A stretch of DNA of 64,000 nucleotides, from assembly GCA_965261125.1 (NCBI GenBank), contig CBDHCS010000006.1, positions 461,446 through 525,445 of the forward strand. The letters are read 5' to 3'. The notes beneath the pieces are model-generated. The model saw nothing but the letters and a program-made list of their open reading frames with translations, did not search any database and was not told the origin of the DNA. This document shows positions 1 through 11,200 of this stretch, piece after piece; position 1 is the first letter of the stretch; every line of letters begins with the position of its first letter. Source of the DNA: Candidatus Poribacteria bacterium (GTDB lineage Bacteria; Poribacteria; WGA-4E; WGA-3G). The translations under genes and the position numbers were made by a program.

Positions 1-266
1 TGATAGAGAAAAGGATGCACAGCATACATATATTTTTCCCAATCCTCTATCTCAGGTTCATACTCAAACGCACGAAATGTTTTCCCATCAATATCTTCTT
101 CTTCAACAGCGTAGCGCGTTAATTCATTTCCATCTTGATCTTCATAAACCCAGGAACTGCCAAGTTTGTCTGGGAAGTAGAAGTCTGCCCATTCGTTAGC
201 GAGTAGGGGCGCACCTAAACCAAATATAAGCAGTAACACAAAAATCGATCTAAAGTATTTTATCAT
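1..266 (-). CDS. hypothetical secreted protein, 3' end cut by window edge
   Basis: Minus-strand ATG at 266..264. The N-terminus MIKYFRSIFVLLLIFGLGAPLLA looks like a signal peptide. The ORF runs off the window start. Confidence 0.45.
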   Translation of the reverse strand, partial: MIKYFRSIFVLLLIFGLGAPLLANEWADFYFPDKLGSSWVYEDQDGNELTRYAVEEEDIDGKTFRAFEYEPEIEDWEKYMYAVHPFLY

Positions 267-379
267 CTTTTGATCCTCACAATAATATTAAACTATCTCT
301 AAAGTATACCCAAATATGACGTTGATAACAAGGGAAAATCTCTCAAATCAACGGGACAGTATGGAACATTTCTTTGTTT

Positions 380-536
380 AATAACCTAAGTTGCCACCTT
401 TGTAGCATAATCTGTTAGATTGTGCCTATAAGTGTGCAAACTGAATTGGGACGAAATATCGTGAATAATGAAATATTCTCGCTAAAAAATGGTGTTTGCA
501 TGTCCAAAATTTTGTCCGTAGCAACTTGGGTTTTAA
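380..536. repeat. MITE family A copy (TIR taacctaagttgcCac ... gtagcaacttgggtt)
   Basis: Terminal inverted repeats match those of the copies at 7727-7888, 25148-25311 and 61979-62141. Internal sequence is shared (tgtagcataatctgttagattgtgc). Confidence 0.6.
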
Positions 537-1609
537 TACTCAAATGGAAAAGTAACAGGGGCACCGTTATTTGCACATGAACGTCCCATAGCAACATCAA
601 TTTCCCTGTCTTTGCGTCCGTTGTACGGACCATATTCAGGTTCAGTATCGTTTCGCACAGCATTTGCAATGCTCATCAATTCTGACGCGACAGTAATTTC
701 ACCATCACTGAGTGGGTAATTCTGCAATGGGTTTTCCCACACAACTTCTGGATTGGTATCAGTAACAAGGGCAGCAAGCGTTTCATAACCGTCAACGTTG
801 TTTGTTTTACGTGTAATAGTTACTGGTTGTTGCTCGTCTGCATCATCGTTCAAGATGACAGCATCGTCTCGGAAACACATCCCGCGCTCTGCGTAGAATT
901 TTGTTCCATTAAATCCACGAAGGGGTGAACCGTAAGAGAGACTACTGAAATTGAAAATCCCTACTGCACCGTCAGCGAATTCAATGACTGCATGTTGCCA
1001 ATCCTCTTTCTTACGTCGGGGTTGTCCTTTTCGCCACACGTGATCCTGGACACTAAACGATTTATTAAAACCGCAAACTTGAACAGGTTCATTTTCAAAA
1101 CCGACATAACTCCGTATAAGACCAATACCGTGATAGCCGTGTCCGCGGAAATCGTTATGTGCAACGTTCACCTTGCCGAAAATTCCCCCCAGAATCATAG
1201 CGCGTTTGATACGTTCTGATGGGCGGCGGTAATAGTTTTCGTTGACCTCTAACTTTGTGCCATGTTCTTTGGCGGCTTCAATCATCATATCTGCGCGTTT
1301 GAGGTCAGTGTTAATCGGTGTTTCTGTGCAATAGCTGACACCATGTTGCGAACAGAGAAGACCAGGAATGTGATTGTTACTCGGTGTGATAACAATAGAG
1401 CAGATGTCTGGTTTTTCCGTCTCTAACATCTGCTCAGTATCTGTGTATGCAGGCACTTGGTACTGCTCACCCTGCGCTTTGACTCTCCCTTCATGTGTGT
1501 CACATACTGCAACGAGTTCTAAGTCATTTTTCAATTTTGCTATCAGTGGAAGGTACGTATTAGATCCGCGGTTACCTGTCCCTATATGTGCGATTTTTAT
1601 TTTATCCAT
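533..1609 (-). CDS. Gfo/Idh/MocA family oxidoreductase
   Basis: N-terminal Rossmann motif IAHIGTGNRG followed by VAVCD, typical of the family. Length 358 aa. Confidence 0.85.
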   Translation of the reverse strand: MDKIKIAHIGTGNRGSNTYLPLIAKLKNDLELVAVCDTHEGRVKAQGEQYQVPAYTDTEQMLETEKPDICSIVITPSNNHIPGLLCSQHGVSYCTETPINTDLKRADMMIEAAKEHGTKLEVNENYYRRPSERIKRAMILGGIFGKVNVAHNDFRGHGYHGIGLIRSYVGFENEPVQVCGFNKSFSVQDHVWRKGQPRRKKEDWQHAVIEFADGAVGIFNFSSLSYGSPLRGFNGTKFYAERGMCFRDDAVILNDDADEQQPVTITRKTNNVDGYETLAALVTDTNPEVVWENPLQNYPLSDGEITVASELMSIANAVRNDTEPEYGPYNGRKDREIDVAMGRSCANNGAPVTFPFEY

Positions 1610-1746
1610 TGATGTTCTCCTTCAAGCGACATCATACTTTTCAAAAACTTATAGACATAGACGCTATTTGCTGCTAATATAAGTTGACTTCATTTTAGCA
1701 CGTGTGCATTTGAAAAGCAACTTTTTCGCAGACAAGGAACAAATAT

Positions 1747-2934
1747 ATGGCAGGTCCATTGGACGGCATAAAAGTATTGGATTTAACGAGGGTGCTTGCA
1801 GGACCTTATGCTACGATGATCCTCAGCGACCTTGGGGCTGAAGTCATAAAAATTGAACAACCAGGGATTGGAGATGAATCGCGCAATTTCGGACCATTTA
1901 AAAACGGATTTAGTCTCTATTTCATGAGTGTGAATCGTGGGAAACAGAGTATAACACTCAATCTCAAAACCGAACGTGGAAAGACGATATTCAAGCAACT
2001 CGTTAAACAGAGCGACATTTTAGTAGAAAATTTCCGTCCAGGCACAATGAAAAAACTCGGTTTAGATTATGGGACGCTTGCAGCTGAACAACCATCGCTT
2101 ATTTACGCAGCATGTTCCGGTTTTGGACAGACCGGCCCTTTAGCAAAACAGGGTGCTTATGATATGATTATTCAAGGGATGGGAGGTATCATCAGCATCA
2201 CGGGTGAACCAGATGGTCCTCCTGTGCGTGTCGGAACATCTATTAGTGACATCACTGCTGCGCTCTTCACAGCAATCGGTATCTTGTCCGCACTTCATCA
2301 CCGCAACAACAGTGGAAAGGGGCAGTTAGTTGATGTTGCAATGTTAGATAGTCTTGTAGCAGTATTGGAGAATGCAATTGTGCGCTATTTTGCTACAGAT
2401 GAAATACCTCAACCGCTTGGCAGTCGGCATCCTGCAATCACACCTTTTGAAGCGTTCGAATCCGCAGATGGACACATTATCATCGCTATCGGTAACGATA
2501 CGTTGTGGGCAAAATTCTGTAAGCACGTAGATAGGAAAGACCTGATCTCTGATCCCCGTTTTAACACTAACGCTGAACGGACAGCAAACCATAGTGAGTT
2601 GTTTCCTATCCTTTCTAAAATTATGCGGCAACGCACAACTGATGAATGGGTTGAGGATCTTGAAAAAATCGGTGTTCCGTGTGGTCCCATCAACACAATT
2701 GACAAAGTTGTTAATCATCCGCAAGTCAAAGCACGGGAGATGATTACACAAGTGATGCATCAGGTTACGGGTGCTGTGGAGGTGCCGGGTGTGCCGATAA
2801 AACTCTCTGATACTCTAAGTAATGTAGATGCCCCCGCACCCAGTCTCGGGGAACACACGATAGAGATATTGACAGATGTATTGAAAATGTCTTATGAAGA
2901 AGTGGAAGCGTTAAGACAGGAAGGAATCATATAA
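1747..2934 (+). CDS. CoA-transferase family III (CaiB/BaiF-like)
   Basis: N-terminus GPLDGIKVLDLTRVLAGPYATMILSDLGAEVIKIE is the family III CoA-transferase signature. Length 395 aa. Confidence 0.85.
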   Translation: MAGPLDGIKVLDLTRVLAGPYATMILSDLGAEVIKIEQPGIGDESRNFGPFKNGFSLYFMSVNRGKQSITLNLKTERGKTIFKQLVKQSDILVENFRPGTMKKLGLDYGTLAAEQPSLIYAACSGFGQTGPLAKQGAYDMIIQGMGGIISITGEPDGPPVRVGTSISDITAALFTAIGILSALHHRNNSGKGQLVDVAMLDSLVAVLENAIVRYFATDEIPQPLGSRHPAITPFEAFESADGHIIIAIGNDTLWAKFCKHVDRKDLISDPRFNTNAERTANHSELFPILSKIMRQRTTDEWVEDLEKIGVPCGPINTIDKVVNHPQVKAREMITQVMHQVTGAVEVPGVPIKLSDTLSNVDAPAPSLGEHTIEILTDVLKMSYEEVEALRQEGII

Positions 2935-2976
2935 CTATGCAAGCACGCAATTTTCTGTGTGCCTTTATCTGTATAA

Positions 2977-5244
2977 GTGAGAAAAATCATGCCAAAAAGT
3001 GACACGCCAGAATTACAAGGCACAACACCTTTAACTTATGAAGGTGACCTTGCCGCACAAATGGTTGAAGACCTTGATAATTACGTTACCCGTGCTATAG
3101 AATCTGCAGCAGAAAAACGCGAGACGTTGTGGCATCGGGATTATAGTTCCCACATAGCATACACCGAATCTGTTGAACCGAACAGACAACGTTTTAGAAA
3201 ACAGATTGGGTGTTATGATGAACGTCTATCTATCAATTCGCTTTCATATCTTGGGACAACAAATGCCGCCGCGCATATTGAAGAAGGTGAGAATTTCACT
3301 GTGTCGCGCGTCCGGTGGCAGGTTTTTGATGAGGTTGAAGGTGAGGGACTACTGTTAGAACCGAATGATAGGACACCAGTTGTCGCTCAGGTAATCGCAT
3401 TGCCGGATGCCGATTGGACTCCTGAGATGATTGCAGGTGTTACCGATGAACTTTCACTTGACACTCAGTTTGCAAGGCATTTAGCGGATGCTGGATGTCG
3501 GGTTGTGGTTCCGCTGCTTATCAATCGTGAAGACACTTATTCTGGCAATCCCAAAATCGGCGCGTTTACCAATCAACCGCATCGTGAATTTATCTACCGA
3601 ATGGCATATCAATTAGGCAGACACATTATCGGATATGAGGTTCAGAAGGTCTTATCGCTTGTGGATTGGATGGTCTCTTTTGATGAACCTATTGGGGTAA
3701 TCGGTTATGGTGAAGGTGGGTTAGTTGCTTTCTATAGTGCTGCCGCAGATACACGAATTCAGTCAACGGTTGTTAGTGGTTATTTTCAATCGCGCGAGGA
3801 TGTTTGGCGCGAACCGATTTATCGCAATGTGTGGGGATTGCTCCCTGAATTTGGCGATGCTGAAACTGCGAGTCTTGTTGCACCGCGTCCGTTAATTGTT
3901 GAAGCGAGTCGTGGACCTGAGGTAGCAGGACCATCAGCTGCGCGAGATGGGCGCAGAGGGGCAGCACCGGGACAACTGGTCTCGCCGCCACTGGAATCAG
4001 TAGCGGCAGAGTTCAATCGTGCAAGTACTGTTTATCAAAAACTTGGGAGTGAGGATAACATACACTTAATTTGTCCTGAAAATAGATTACCCGGCTCCAC
4101 AGAGATGTTGACCGCTTTACTTACGAGTCTTGGCGTTGAAAATCTTCATTTTGATAAAAACCAACCTCTAACATCAGACACTATAAAACCATTTGACTAC
4201 GATGCACGTCAACAACGTCAGTTTATGCAACTTGTCAATTTGACACAACGTTTTTTGCGGGAAGCAGCAACGCGGCGCCAAGAGTTCTTCTGGAATAAGA
4301 CAGACACTTCTTCATTGGTAAAGTGGGAAGAGACATGCGTTGATGCCAAAACCTATTTCTGGGATGAGGTTATTGGCCGGTGTCCCGCGCCTGATGTGCC
4401 TGCTAATCCGAGAACACGTCTGATTTATGACGAACCGAAATGGAAGGGATATGAAGTTGTGCTTGATGTGTGGCAAGATGTTTTTGCTTACGGTATTTTG
4501 TTACTGCCAAACGACCTTGAACCGGGGGAACAACGTCCGGTTGTTGTTTGTCAGCATGGCTTAGAGGGCAGACCGCAGGATACTGCTGATCCAAAAATTC
4601 AATCGGTTTATCACTCTTACGCAGCACAGTTAGCAGATAGAGGATTTATCACTTATGCACCGCAGAATCCGTATATTGGTCAGGATGCTTTCCGCGTTAT
4701 TCAACGCAAGGCAAATCCTATTAAGTGGTCGCTCTTTTCGTTGATAATCCGCCAACATGAACGTACGCTTGACTGGTTAGCAGAACTTCCGTTTGTTGAT
4801 GAAAACCGAATTGGGTTTTATGGACTCTCTTACGGTGGGAAAACAGCAATGCGAGTGCCAGCAGTGCTTGAACGATATGCGTGTTCTATCTGCTCAGCAG
4901 ATTTCAATGAGTGGATTGTCAAAAATGCTACGTTTGATTCACGGTATAGCTACATGTTTACAGGCGAATATGAGATGCCAGAATTTGACTTAGGAAATAC
5001 GTTTAACTATGCGGAGATGGCGGGATTAATCGCGCCGCGCCCGTTTATGGTGGAGCGCGGTCATGATGATGGTGTGGCACCGGATGAATGGGTAGCACAT
5101 GAATTTGCAAGAGTGCGCCGCCTTTATGTTCGTCTTGGTATAGCGGACAAGACTGAAATCGAATTTTTTGATGGTGGACATCAGATTAATTCACAAGACA
5201 CATTTCGCTTTTTGCACCGACACCTGAATTGGACACAACCATAG
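2977..5244 (+). CDS. two-domain alpha/beta-hydrolase fold protein (putative esterase/peptidase)
   Basis: 755 aa with a GLSYGG nucleophile-elbow motif (GxSxG) in the C-terminal half and a GYGEGG-type motif in the N-terminal half. Start may be GTG 2977 or ATG 2989. Confidence 0.55.
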   Translation: MRKIMPKSDTPELQGTTPLTYEGDLAAQMVEDLDNYVTRAIESAAEKRETLWHRDYSSHIAYTESVEPNRQRFRKQIGCYDERLSINSLSYLGTTNAAAHIEEGENFTVSRVRWQVFDEVEGEGLLLEPNDRTPVVAQVIALPDADWTPEMIAGVTDELSLDTQFARHLADAGCRVVVPLLINREDTYSGNPKIGAFTNQPHREFIYRMAYQLGRHIIGYEVQKVLSLVDWMVSFDEPIGVIGYGEGGLVAFYSAAADTRIQSTVVSGYFQSREDVWREPIYRNVWGLLPEFGDAETASLVAPRPLIVEASRGPEVAGPSAARDGRRGAAPGQLVSPPLESVAAEFNRASTVYQKLGSEDNIHLICPENRLPGSTEMLTALLTSLGVENLHFDKNQPLTSDTIKPFDYDARQQRQFMQLVNLTQRFLREAATRRQEFFWNKTDTSSLVKWEETCVDAKTYFWDEVIGRCPAPDVPANPRTRLIYDEPKWKGYEVVLDVWQDVFAYGILLLPNDLEPGEQRPVVVCQHGLEGRPQDTADPKIQSVYHSYAAQLADRGFITYAPQNPYIGQDAFRVIQRKANPIKWSLFSLIIRQHERTLDWLAELPFVDENRIGFYGLSYGGKTAMRVPAVLERYACSICSADFNEWIVKNATFDSRYSYMFTGEYEMPEFDLGNTFNYAEMAGLIAPRPFMVERGHDDGVAPDEWVAHEFARVRRLYVRLGIADKTEIEFFDGGHQINSQDTFRFLHRHLNWTQP

Positions 5245-5255
5245 AAAGGCTTCTT

Positions 5256-6335
5256 ATGATTTATTCTATTTTCGTTACTGCGGGACTTGAAAACATTGCT
5301 CGCCAAGAAATTAATGCGCGTTTTGGCGATACAGAACAGTTCAAAATTGTCATGCGGAAACCACAACGAATTGTCTTTCAATACTCAGGCAATCCGAAGG
5401 ATTTACTGTCGCTGCGGACAGCGGAGCATCTATTCGTCGTGATAAAACATATTCCGAAGATGACGCGTTCACGTAGTTCTTTAACTGCTATAAGGCATTC
5501 ACTCACTCGGTTCAACTTTGGTGAAACGTTGGCGTGTTGTCGGCAAGTAGGTCTCAGTATGCGGAGACGGATTCCGTTTCGTGTTATCAGTCGGATGTCG
5601 GGGTTCCGCAATTTTCAAAAACGTGATTTACATCAAGTTGTTGAAAGGGTCCTGATTGATCGTGGTTGGCAATTGACGCAATCAAGTTCTGGGTTGGATG
5701 TGTGGGTAGAGATGCATGGTCAGGATGCTTATATCAGTATCAAACTCTCAAAATCTGAGATGGCACAACGTTCATATAAGAAGGCACACGTGCCACAATC
5801 TATCAAACCGACTTTGGCATACAGCATGGTGTGGCTTTCGCAGCCGCACCCGAACGATCTTTTTTTGGATCCGATGTGTGGAGCGGGTACAATTCTGCTT
5901 GAGCGCGCTTTTGCTGGACGCTATCACTACCTAATCGGTGGAGATATTTCAAAAGACGCATTAAATGCTACGCAAAGAAATTTTGGTAGACAGCATCAAC
6001 CGCGTCAATTTTTTCATTGGGACGCACAATCCCTGCCTCTAAAACCGAATTCTGTTGACAAAATCGTCTGTAACCTACCGATAGTAGAAAGAAACGAAAA
6101 TGCTGGTCAACTTGCAAACCTTTACAGAAAATGTCTCCATCAATATGAAACTGTGCTTAAGCCGGATGGGAAAATGGTGCTGCTAACCTTGCAGCCTGCA
6201 GTTTTTCAAAAAATCCTTAAACAGCAAAAATCGTTGAAAACGAGGCAACGGGTTAGCGTAGATGTAGGTGGGAAACGCGGAAAGATTTTTGTTATCCGTA
6301 AGTCTATAGGCGAGGCACAAAAACCTCACCTATAA
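5256..6335 (+). CDS. class I SAM-dependent RNA methyltransferase (RlmL/Trm14-like, COG0116)
   Basis: Motif LDPMCGAGTILLE is the SAM-binding motif of THUMP-type N2-G RNA methylases. The ATG at 5256 lies 12 nt after the upstream stop and is preceded by aaagg. Confidence 0.65.
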   Translation: MIYSIFVTAGLENIARQEINARFGDTEQFKIVMRKPQRIVFQYSGNPKDLLSLRTAEHLFVVIKHIPKMTRSRSSLTAIRHSLTRFNFGETLACCRQVGLSMRRRIPFRVISRMSGFRNFQKRDLHQVVERVLIDRGWQLTQSSSGLDVWVEMHGQDAYISIKLSKSEMAQRSYKKAHVPQSIKPTLAYSMVWLSQPHPNDLFLDPMCGAGTILLERAFAGRYHYLIGGDISKDALNATQRNFGRQHQPRQFFHWDAQSLPLKPNSVDKIVCNLPIVERNENAGQLANLYRKCLHQYETVLKPDGKMVLLTLQPAVFQKILKQQKSLKTRQRVSVDVGGKRGKIFVIRKSIGEAQKPHL

Positions 6336-6347
6336 AATATAAAACGT

Positions 6348-7433
6348 TTAGATTTCAGGAACTTTTACTGCAACCTCTTTGCCCGCAGCATGTGATCGGA
6401 AGATACCATCCATAATCACATTCGTGAGGAGTACACCTTCTGGTGATATCGGAGACGGCGCGTCTGCTTTGACAGCTTCACGGAAAGCGATCATCTGTTT
6501 CGCCCAGTTATCAGATGCCGGGAATCCTGACAAACGGATAGTCGTCATGCCTTCCGGTGGGTTCGGTTCCGCTGTTAATCCTTCCGATTCGACGAGCTTC
6601 TTGAGATCACCTGCGTACGCATCAGCGTAAATAATCGGTCCATCCAAAGAAATCCCTGCTTTTGTCCCCAGATGGAAGTTACCACCGAGTGAGTCCACAT
6701 GCACTGCCCAAGAGATCTTAAACACCATGACACCACCATTTTCAAATCGGATCCATGCTACGCTGAATTCTTCTACATCCATCTTATCCTTAAACCTTGG
6801 ATCTTGCATTGAGATGTAGTCTTCAGTAATAGCAGAGACACGCACCGGCTTCGGATATCCCATCGCAAATAGTGAACGATGCATGTTATAGACACCGATA
6901 TCTACGGTTGCTCCCGCGCCTGCTGTCTTTTTATAGATGAACGTATGTCCCGGATTTCCGCGTCGCCTGCATCCAGCGGATTCAGAGTAATAGATATCGC
7001 CGAGTAATCCTTCGTCATATACCTTCCTCGAAAATTGGAGCCTCGGATCAAACGTGGGATTGAGACCGATTTGTAAGATTTTGCCTGATTCCTTTGCTGC
7101 GCGTACCATCGCGGTCGCATCTGGGAGCGTCGCTGCCATCGGTTTTTCACAGAGGACGTGTTTACCGGCGTTTAATGCCGCAACCGTTGGTCGCCGATGT
7201 CCCTGATTGTAAGTACAAACGCTCACAGCATCAAGATCATCCATTTCGAGCATCTTGTTGTAACTTGAAAAGGCGTTCTTTTTTGAGACACCCCACTCTT
7301 CAGCGGCTTGGTTTGCCTTACTTTTGATGATGTCGCAGACCGCGACAATCTCAAAACCGCCTACTTTTTCATAAGTGCTCCGGTGTGCACGTGAGATGCC
7401 ACCTGTACCAATAATACCTACTCGTACTGCCAT
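6348..7433 (-). CDS. Gfo/Idh/MocA family oxidoreductase
   Basis: N-terminus VGIIGTGGISRAH...EIVAVCD. Length 361 aa. Confidence 0.85.
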   Translation of the reverse strand: MAVRVGIIGTGGISRAHRSTYEKVGGFEIVAVCDIIKSKANQAAEEWGVSKKNAFSSYNKMLEMDDLDAVSVCTYNQGHRRPTVAALNAGKHVLCEKPMAATLPDATAMVRAAKESGKILQIGLNPTFDPRLQFSRKVYDEGLLGDIYYSESAGCRRRGNPGHTFIYKKTAGAGATVDIGVYNMHRSLFAMGYPKPVRVSAITEDYISMQDPRFKDKMDVEEFSVAWIRFENGGVMVFKISWAVHVDSLGGNFHLGTKAGISLDGPIIYADAYAGDLKKLVESEGLTAEPNPPEGMTTIRLSGFPASDNWAKQMIAFREAVKADAPSPISPEGVLLTNVIMDGIFRSHAAGKEVAVKVPEI

Positions 7434-7654
7434 ATTGTTATCTCCTTATGAGAAATACAATTTGATTTAATGTGTTAGTTTAGAGGATATTCTGTTGGAA
7501 TGCAAGGAAAATATGGACTCTCAAGTGTTATAGCAAGTTATCGTCAAAATACTTCCTTGTAATCCCATGCTAAGCATCTTGAGCAGAATAAAATTTTTCG
7601 TAATTATGATAGATTTGAATTTATTTCCACAGTATTGATCTGTAGGAGGGAACT

Positions 7655-7705
7655 CTGACTGCCGATTATCAGTAGTTTGGTCACAATTCGGAGATCGCTC
7701 CTAAA
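7655..7705. repeat. fragment of MITE family B
   Basis: aattcggagatcgctcctaaat is the reverse complement of gtaggagcgatctccgaatcgcg found in B copies at 25913, 46945 and 56218. Confidence 0.45.
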
Positions 7706-7726
7706 TAATTCGCTGTCTGACTATAC

Positions 7727-7888
7727 ATACTCAAGTTGCTACCTATAAGTTTTTAGACATGCAAACACCGTTTCTAATAGAGAATAGTTCGTTATAGGTG
7801 AAATATTGTAGAGCAAACTGTTAGTTTGCGGACGAATATGCACAATCTAACAGATTATGCTACATAAGTGGCAACTTAGGTTATACAT
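7727..7888. repeat. MITE family A copy (inverted orientation)
   Basis: TIRs actcaagttgctacctataag / cttatgtagccacttaggttata. Internal sequence is shared with other A copies. Confidence 0.6.
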
Positions 7889-7890
7889 GT

Positions 7891-8214
7891 TCAATTTTCA
7901 AGTGAGAAATTTTCCTTTCTGGTTTTATCAATCCCTATCCTGGCTTTTGGAAAAACAACACGAGTTATTACGAAGTAAATTAACCATGTCAAACCGAAAG
8001 ACACAGCAAAAGCAATAAGAAATTCAGCAGCAATGTATAGTTCCATTCCCAAGGGTCTGGGTACGTTAAGCGGCATAACATTCATTTTTTGACGAGATAT
8101 TGACCTAAGAAACTCCATGTAAAGATATGACCCTGTAATCCCCCAAAATCCTAATAGAAGGGACGATATAAGCGTTAGAATGAAAAACCCTTTTTTCCAA
8201 ATGATTGATTTCAT
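7891..8214 (-). CDS. small membrane protein, hypothetical
   Basis: Two or three hydrophobic helices. The ORF extends to 8259; Met at 8214 (MKSIIW) is the more plausible start. It lies directly downstream of the PSD1 gene. Confidence 0.4.
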   Translation of the reverse strand: MKSIIWKKGFFILTLISSLLLGFWGITGSYLYMEFLRSISRQKMNVMPLNVPRPLGMELYIAAEFLIAFAVSFGLTWLIYFVITRVVFPKARIGIDKTRKENFSLEN

Positions 8215-8283
8215 TAGTAACCTCTTGTGAGTTAGATTGATGAACAAATTCACATACAATTTGACAATAAGTATACATATCGA

Positions 8284-11200
8284 CTAATACCGCGTAATCG
8301 TTTCATGCAGGTTCAAAATTACCCGCGCGACAGAAGTCCATGCTGCGAGTTCAATAGGTTCAACACCTTGTATTGCAGGTGATTCACCTAATGCGACTAA
8401 AGCCTTGGCAGCGTCAGGATTGTCGGTATATTCGGTTTTGTGTTTTTCTACCAACCCTGTCATAATTTCTAACTCTTTCGGTTGGGGCAGGCGTGATAAC
8501 GCTTGATGGTATGCCCAATTGATACGGTCTTCTGGGGTTTGCCCACCTTCTTTGATAATTCGTGCTGCAAATACGCGTGCTGTCTCAACGTAGGTTGGAT
8601 CATTAAGCAAGGTAAGCGCTTGCATAGGCGTGTTAGAAGTTGACCTTTCCGCGGTACACTCCTGCCTACTTGGGGCATCAAATGCCATCATGCTTGGGTG
8701 TAAGAAGGTTCGCTGCCAATGCGTATAAAGCCCTCGGCGGTACTGGCTTTCCCCCTTGTCATGTACATATTTGCGCTTGGGGAAGTTCAGATTTGAATAA
8801 TATCCCACAGGTTGATACGGTCTAACACTGGGTCCACCGATTTTAGGTACGAGAAGTCCGCTTAGCAATAAGGCGTTGTCACGCACAATTTCTGCGTCTA
8901 ATCGCCAGTGGGACTGTCGTGCAATTAGGCGATTGTAAGGGTCTTTTTCGCGCAGGACTTCATTTGATTTTGAAGACTGACGATAGGCGTTTGAGGAAAC
9001 AAGGAGTTTCACCATGTGTTTGACATTCCATCCACTTTCCATAAATTCCACCGCTAACCAATCAAGCAGCTCAGAATGTTCTGGTGGCTCACCTTGTGAA
9101 CCGAGGTCATCAAGCACGCGAGAGATACCTGTGCCGAAGTAGAGTGCCCAGAGGCGATTAACAAATGTCCGTGCAGTCAATGGGTTGTTTCTTGAGGCCA
9201 CCCATTTCGCCAAGTCAAGCCGTGTAGCGCGGCGATTTTTGATACCGAGATCTCCCATGAATTCCGGTATCATCGGTTCAACAATTTCTCCTGAATCGTC
9301 CAGCCAATTGCCTCTCGGTAAAATGCGGGTTGTTCGAGGTTGCACCGAAACGGTTGTTAAAGAATATGGACTCTTGGAATTAATCTCATTTTTACGTTTT
9401 TCGAGGTCGGTAATCTGGTTGCGGATTCCATCAAGTGCGGGGGCAATACCGCGGTAGTAATTGGCAATCTGTTTTCGTTGGTTTGTGGTTCTGACAAAAG
9501 CATCAACCTGAATTGCTTTTATGACAGCATCATCATGGGTATTTTTGGTTGCTATGCCGAGAGTAGTTGCGATACCAGCGATATCCCAATAAGCTTTACC
9601 ACCAAACTGTGTAAATGCCATTCCGTTCAGCACACTCCCCGCTTTCAATCCAACTACCGTCGGATCAACTTCAAGACGCACCCATTCGCCGAGGTTAGGG
9701 AGATCGCCCATCGGTCTGTGTGCTGGTGTGTCATTTCCTATTTCACCATAGGTAATTTTATCTTCACCCCAGAATGCCCGATGGTCCCAGTTTCCATCGT
9801 TCCACTGCAACATAACCGTTTTGGGTGGATTTTCGGGGTCTAACCAGACATAAGCAAAAAGTTTGTCACCCTCAGCGAGCGTAATTTTTCGGTTTGCGCC
9901 TCGGAAGGCATGCTGCACAAGTTGCTCAGGCGCTGCGGTCTGTACCCGTGAACGTTCTTTGCTGAAAACAGGTGCTTCATTTTTACCTACAAATTTCCAT
10001 GTACCTTCTGTTCTACCGCCATTTGATTGTGCATCGTCTATCCATGCGAAATCAGTATCTTCTGTTGAAGTGAGAAGTGAACGGATCTCCTCCTCCCATT
10101 TTGCTTGTTCTGCTTCTAATCCAGGCGACGACAATTCAAACACTTTGCGCAATCTTGCTAACTCAGTATCTATCTCTTGCAATTCATCCTGTTGTTCCTG
10201 TGACGGCAGCATGACAACGGGATCCCATTTACTCCCTCCGCCATACACACCAGGTCCCTGTATATCAGCAAAGAACGCAGCAAAACTGTAAAAATCTTTT
10301 GCGGTAAAAGGATCGAATTTGTGATCGTGGCATTGTGCGCAGCCGAGTGTCGCCCCTAACCAGACAGATGCAGTGGTCCTCACTCTGTCTGCTGCATAGA
10401 TTGCGAGGTATTCTTTTGCCTGCGCGCCACCTTCGGCAGTCGTTTGATTTAACCTGTTGTACCCCGATGCAACTCTCTGATCTGGTGATGCATTCGGCAA
10501 AAGGTCACCTGCAAGGTTTTCCAGCGTAAATTGATCGAATGGCATGTTGTCATTGAATGCCTTAATCACATAGTCTCGGTAAGGCCAAATGCTAACGTTC
10601 TCGTCCGAATGGTAGCCGCTTGTATCGGCATAACGAACCAGATCAAGCCAGTAAATTGCAAGCCTCTCACCGTACTGTGGTTTGGATAATAGGCGATTGA
10701 CCAACTCTTCATAAGCTTCTGGACGTTCATCTCGGACAAATTGATCAACTTCTGCGGGTGCCGGTAGTAAGCCAGTTAAGTCAAAATGTAGTCGACGGAT
10801 GAGCCTGCGTTTATCTGCTTCAGGAGATGGTTCAAGCCCTTCCGTTTCCAATTTACCGAGAATAAATTGGTCAATCGGATTTCGCACCCAATCGGACTTC
10901 TTTACTTCTGGCGGATCAACCCGTTTCAATGGGTTATATGCCCAATGTTCCTCCCACTCGGCACCTTCCGCAATCCATTGAATTAAAGTATCAATCTGTT
11001 CTTGTGTAGGTTGTCGATTTGAGGTTTGTGGCGGCATTCGCCTATCAATGTCTTCGTGTGTGATGCGCAGGACTAATTCACTGTTCTCAGGATCACCCGG
11101 GACAATAATTGGGTAACCGCTCGGTTCAGAAAAAGCTCCTTCCTTGGTGTCAAGCCGTAGCTCAGCTTGCCGTACCGCCGGATCGGGACCGTGGCACGCG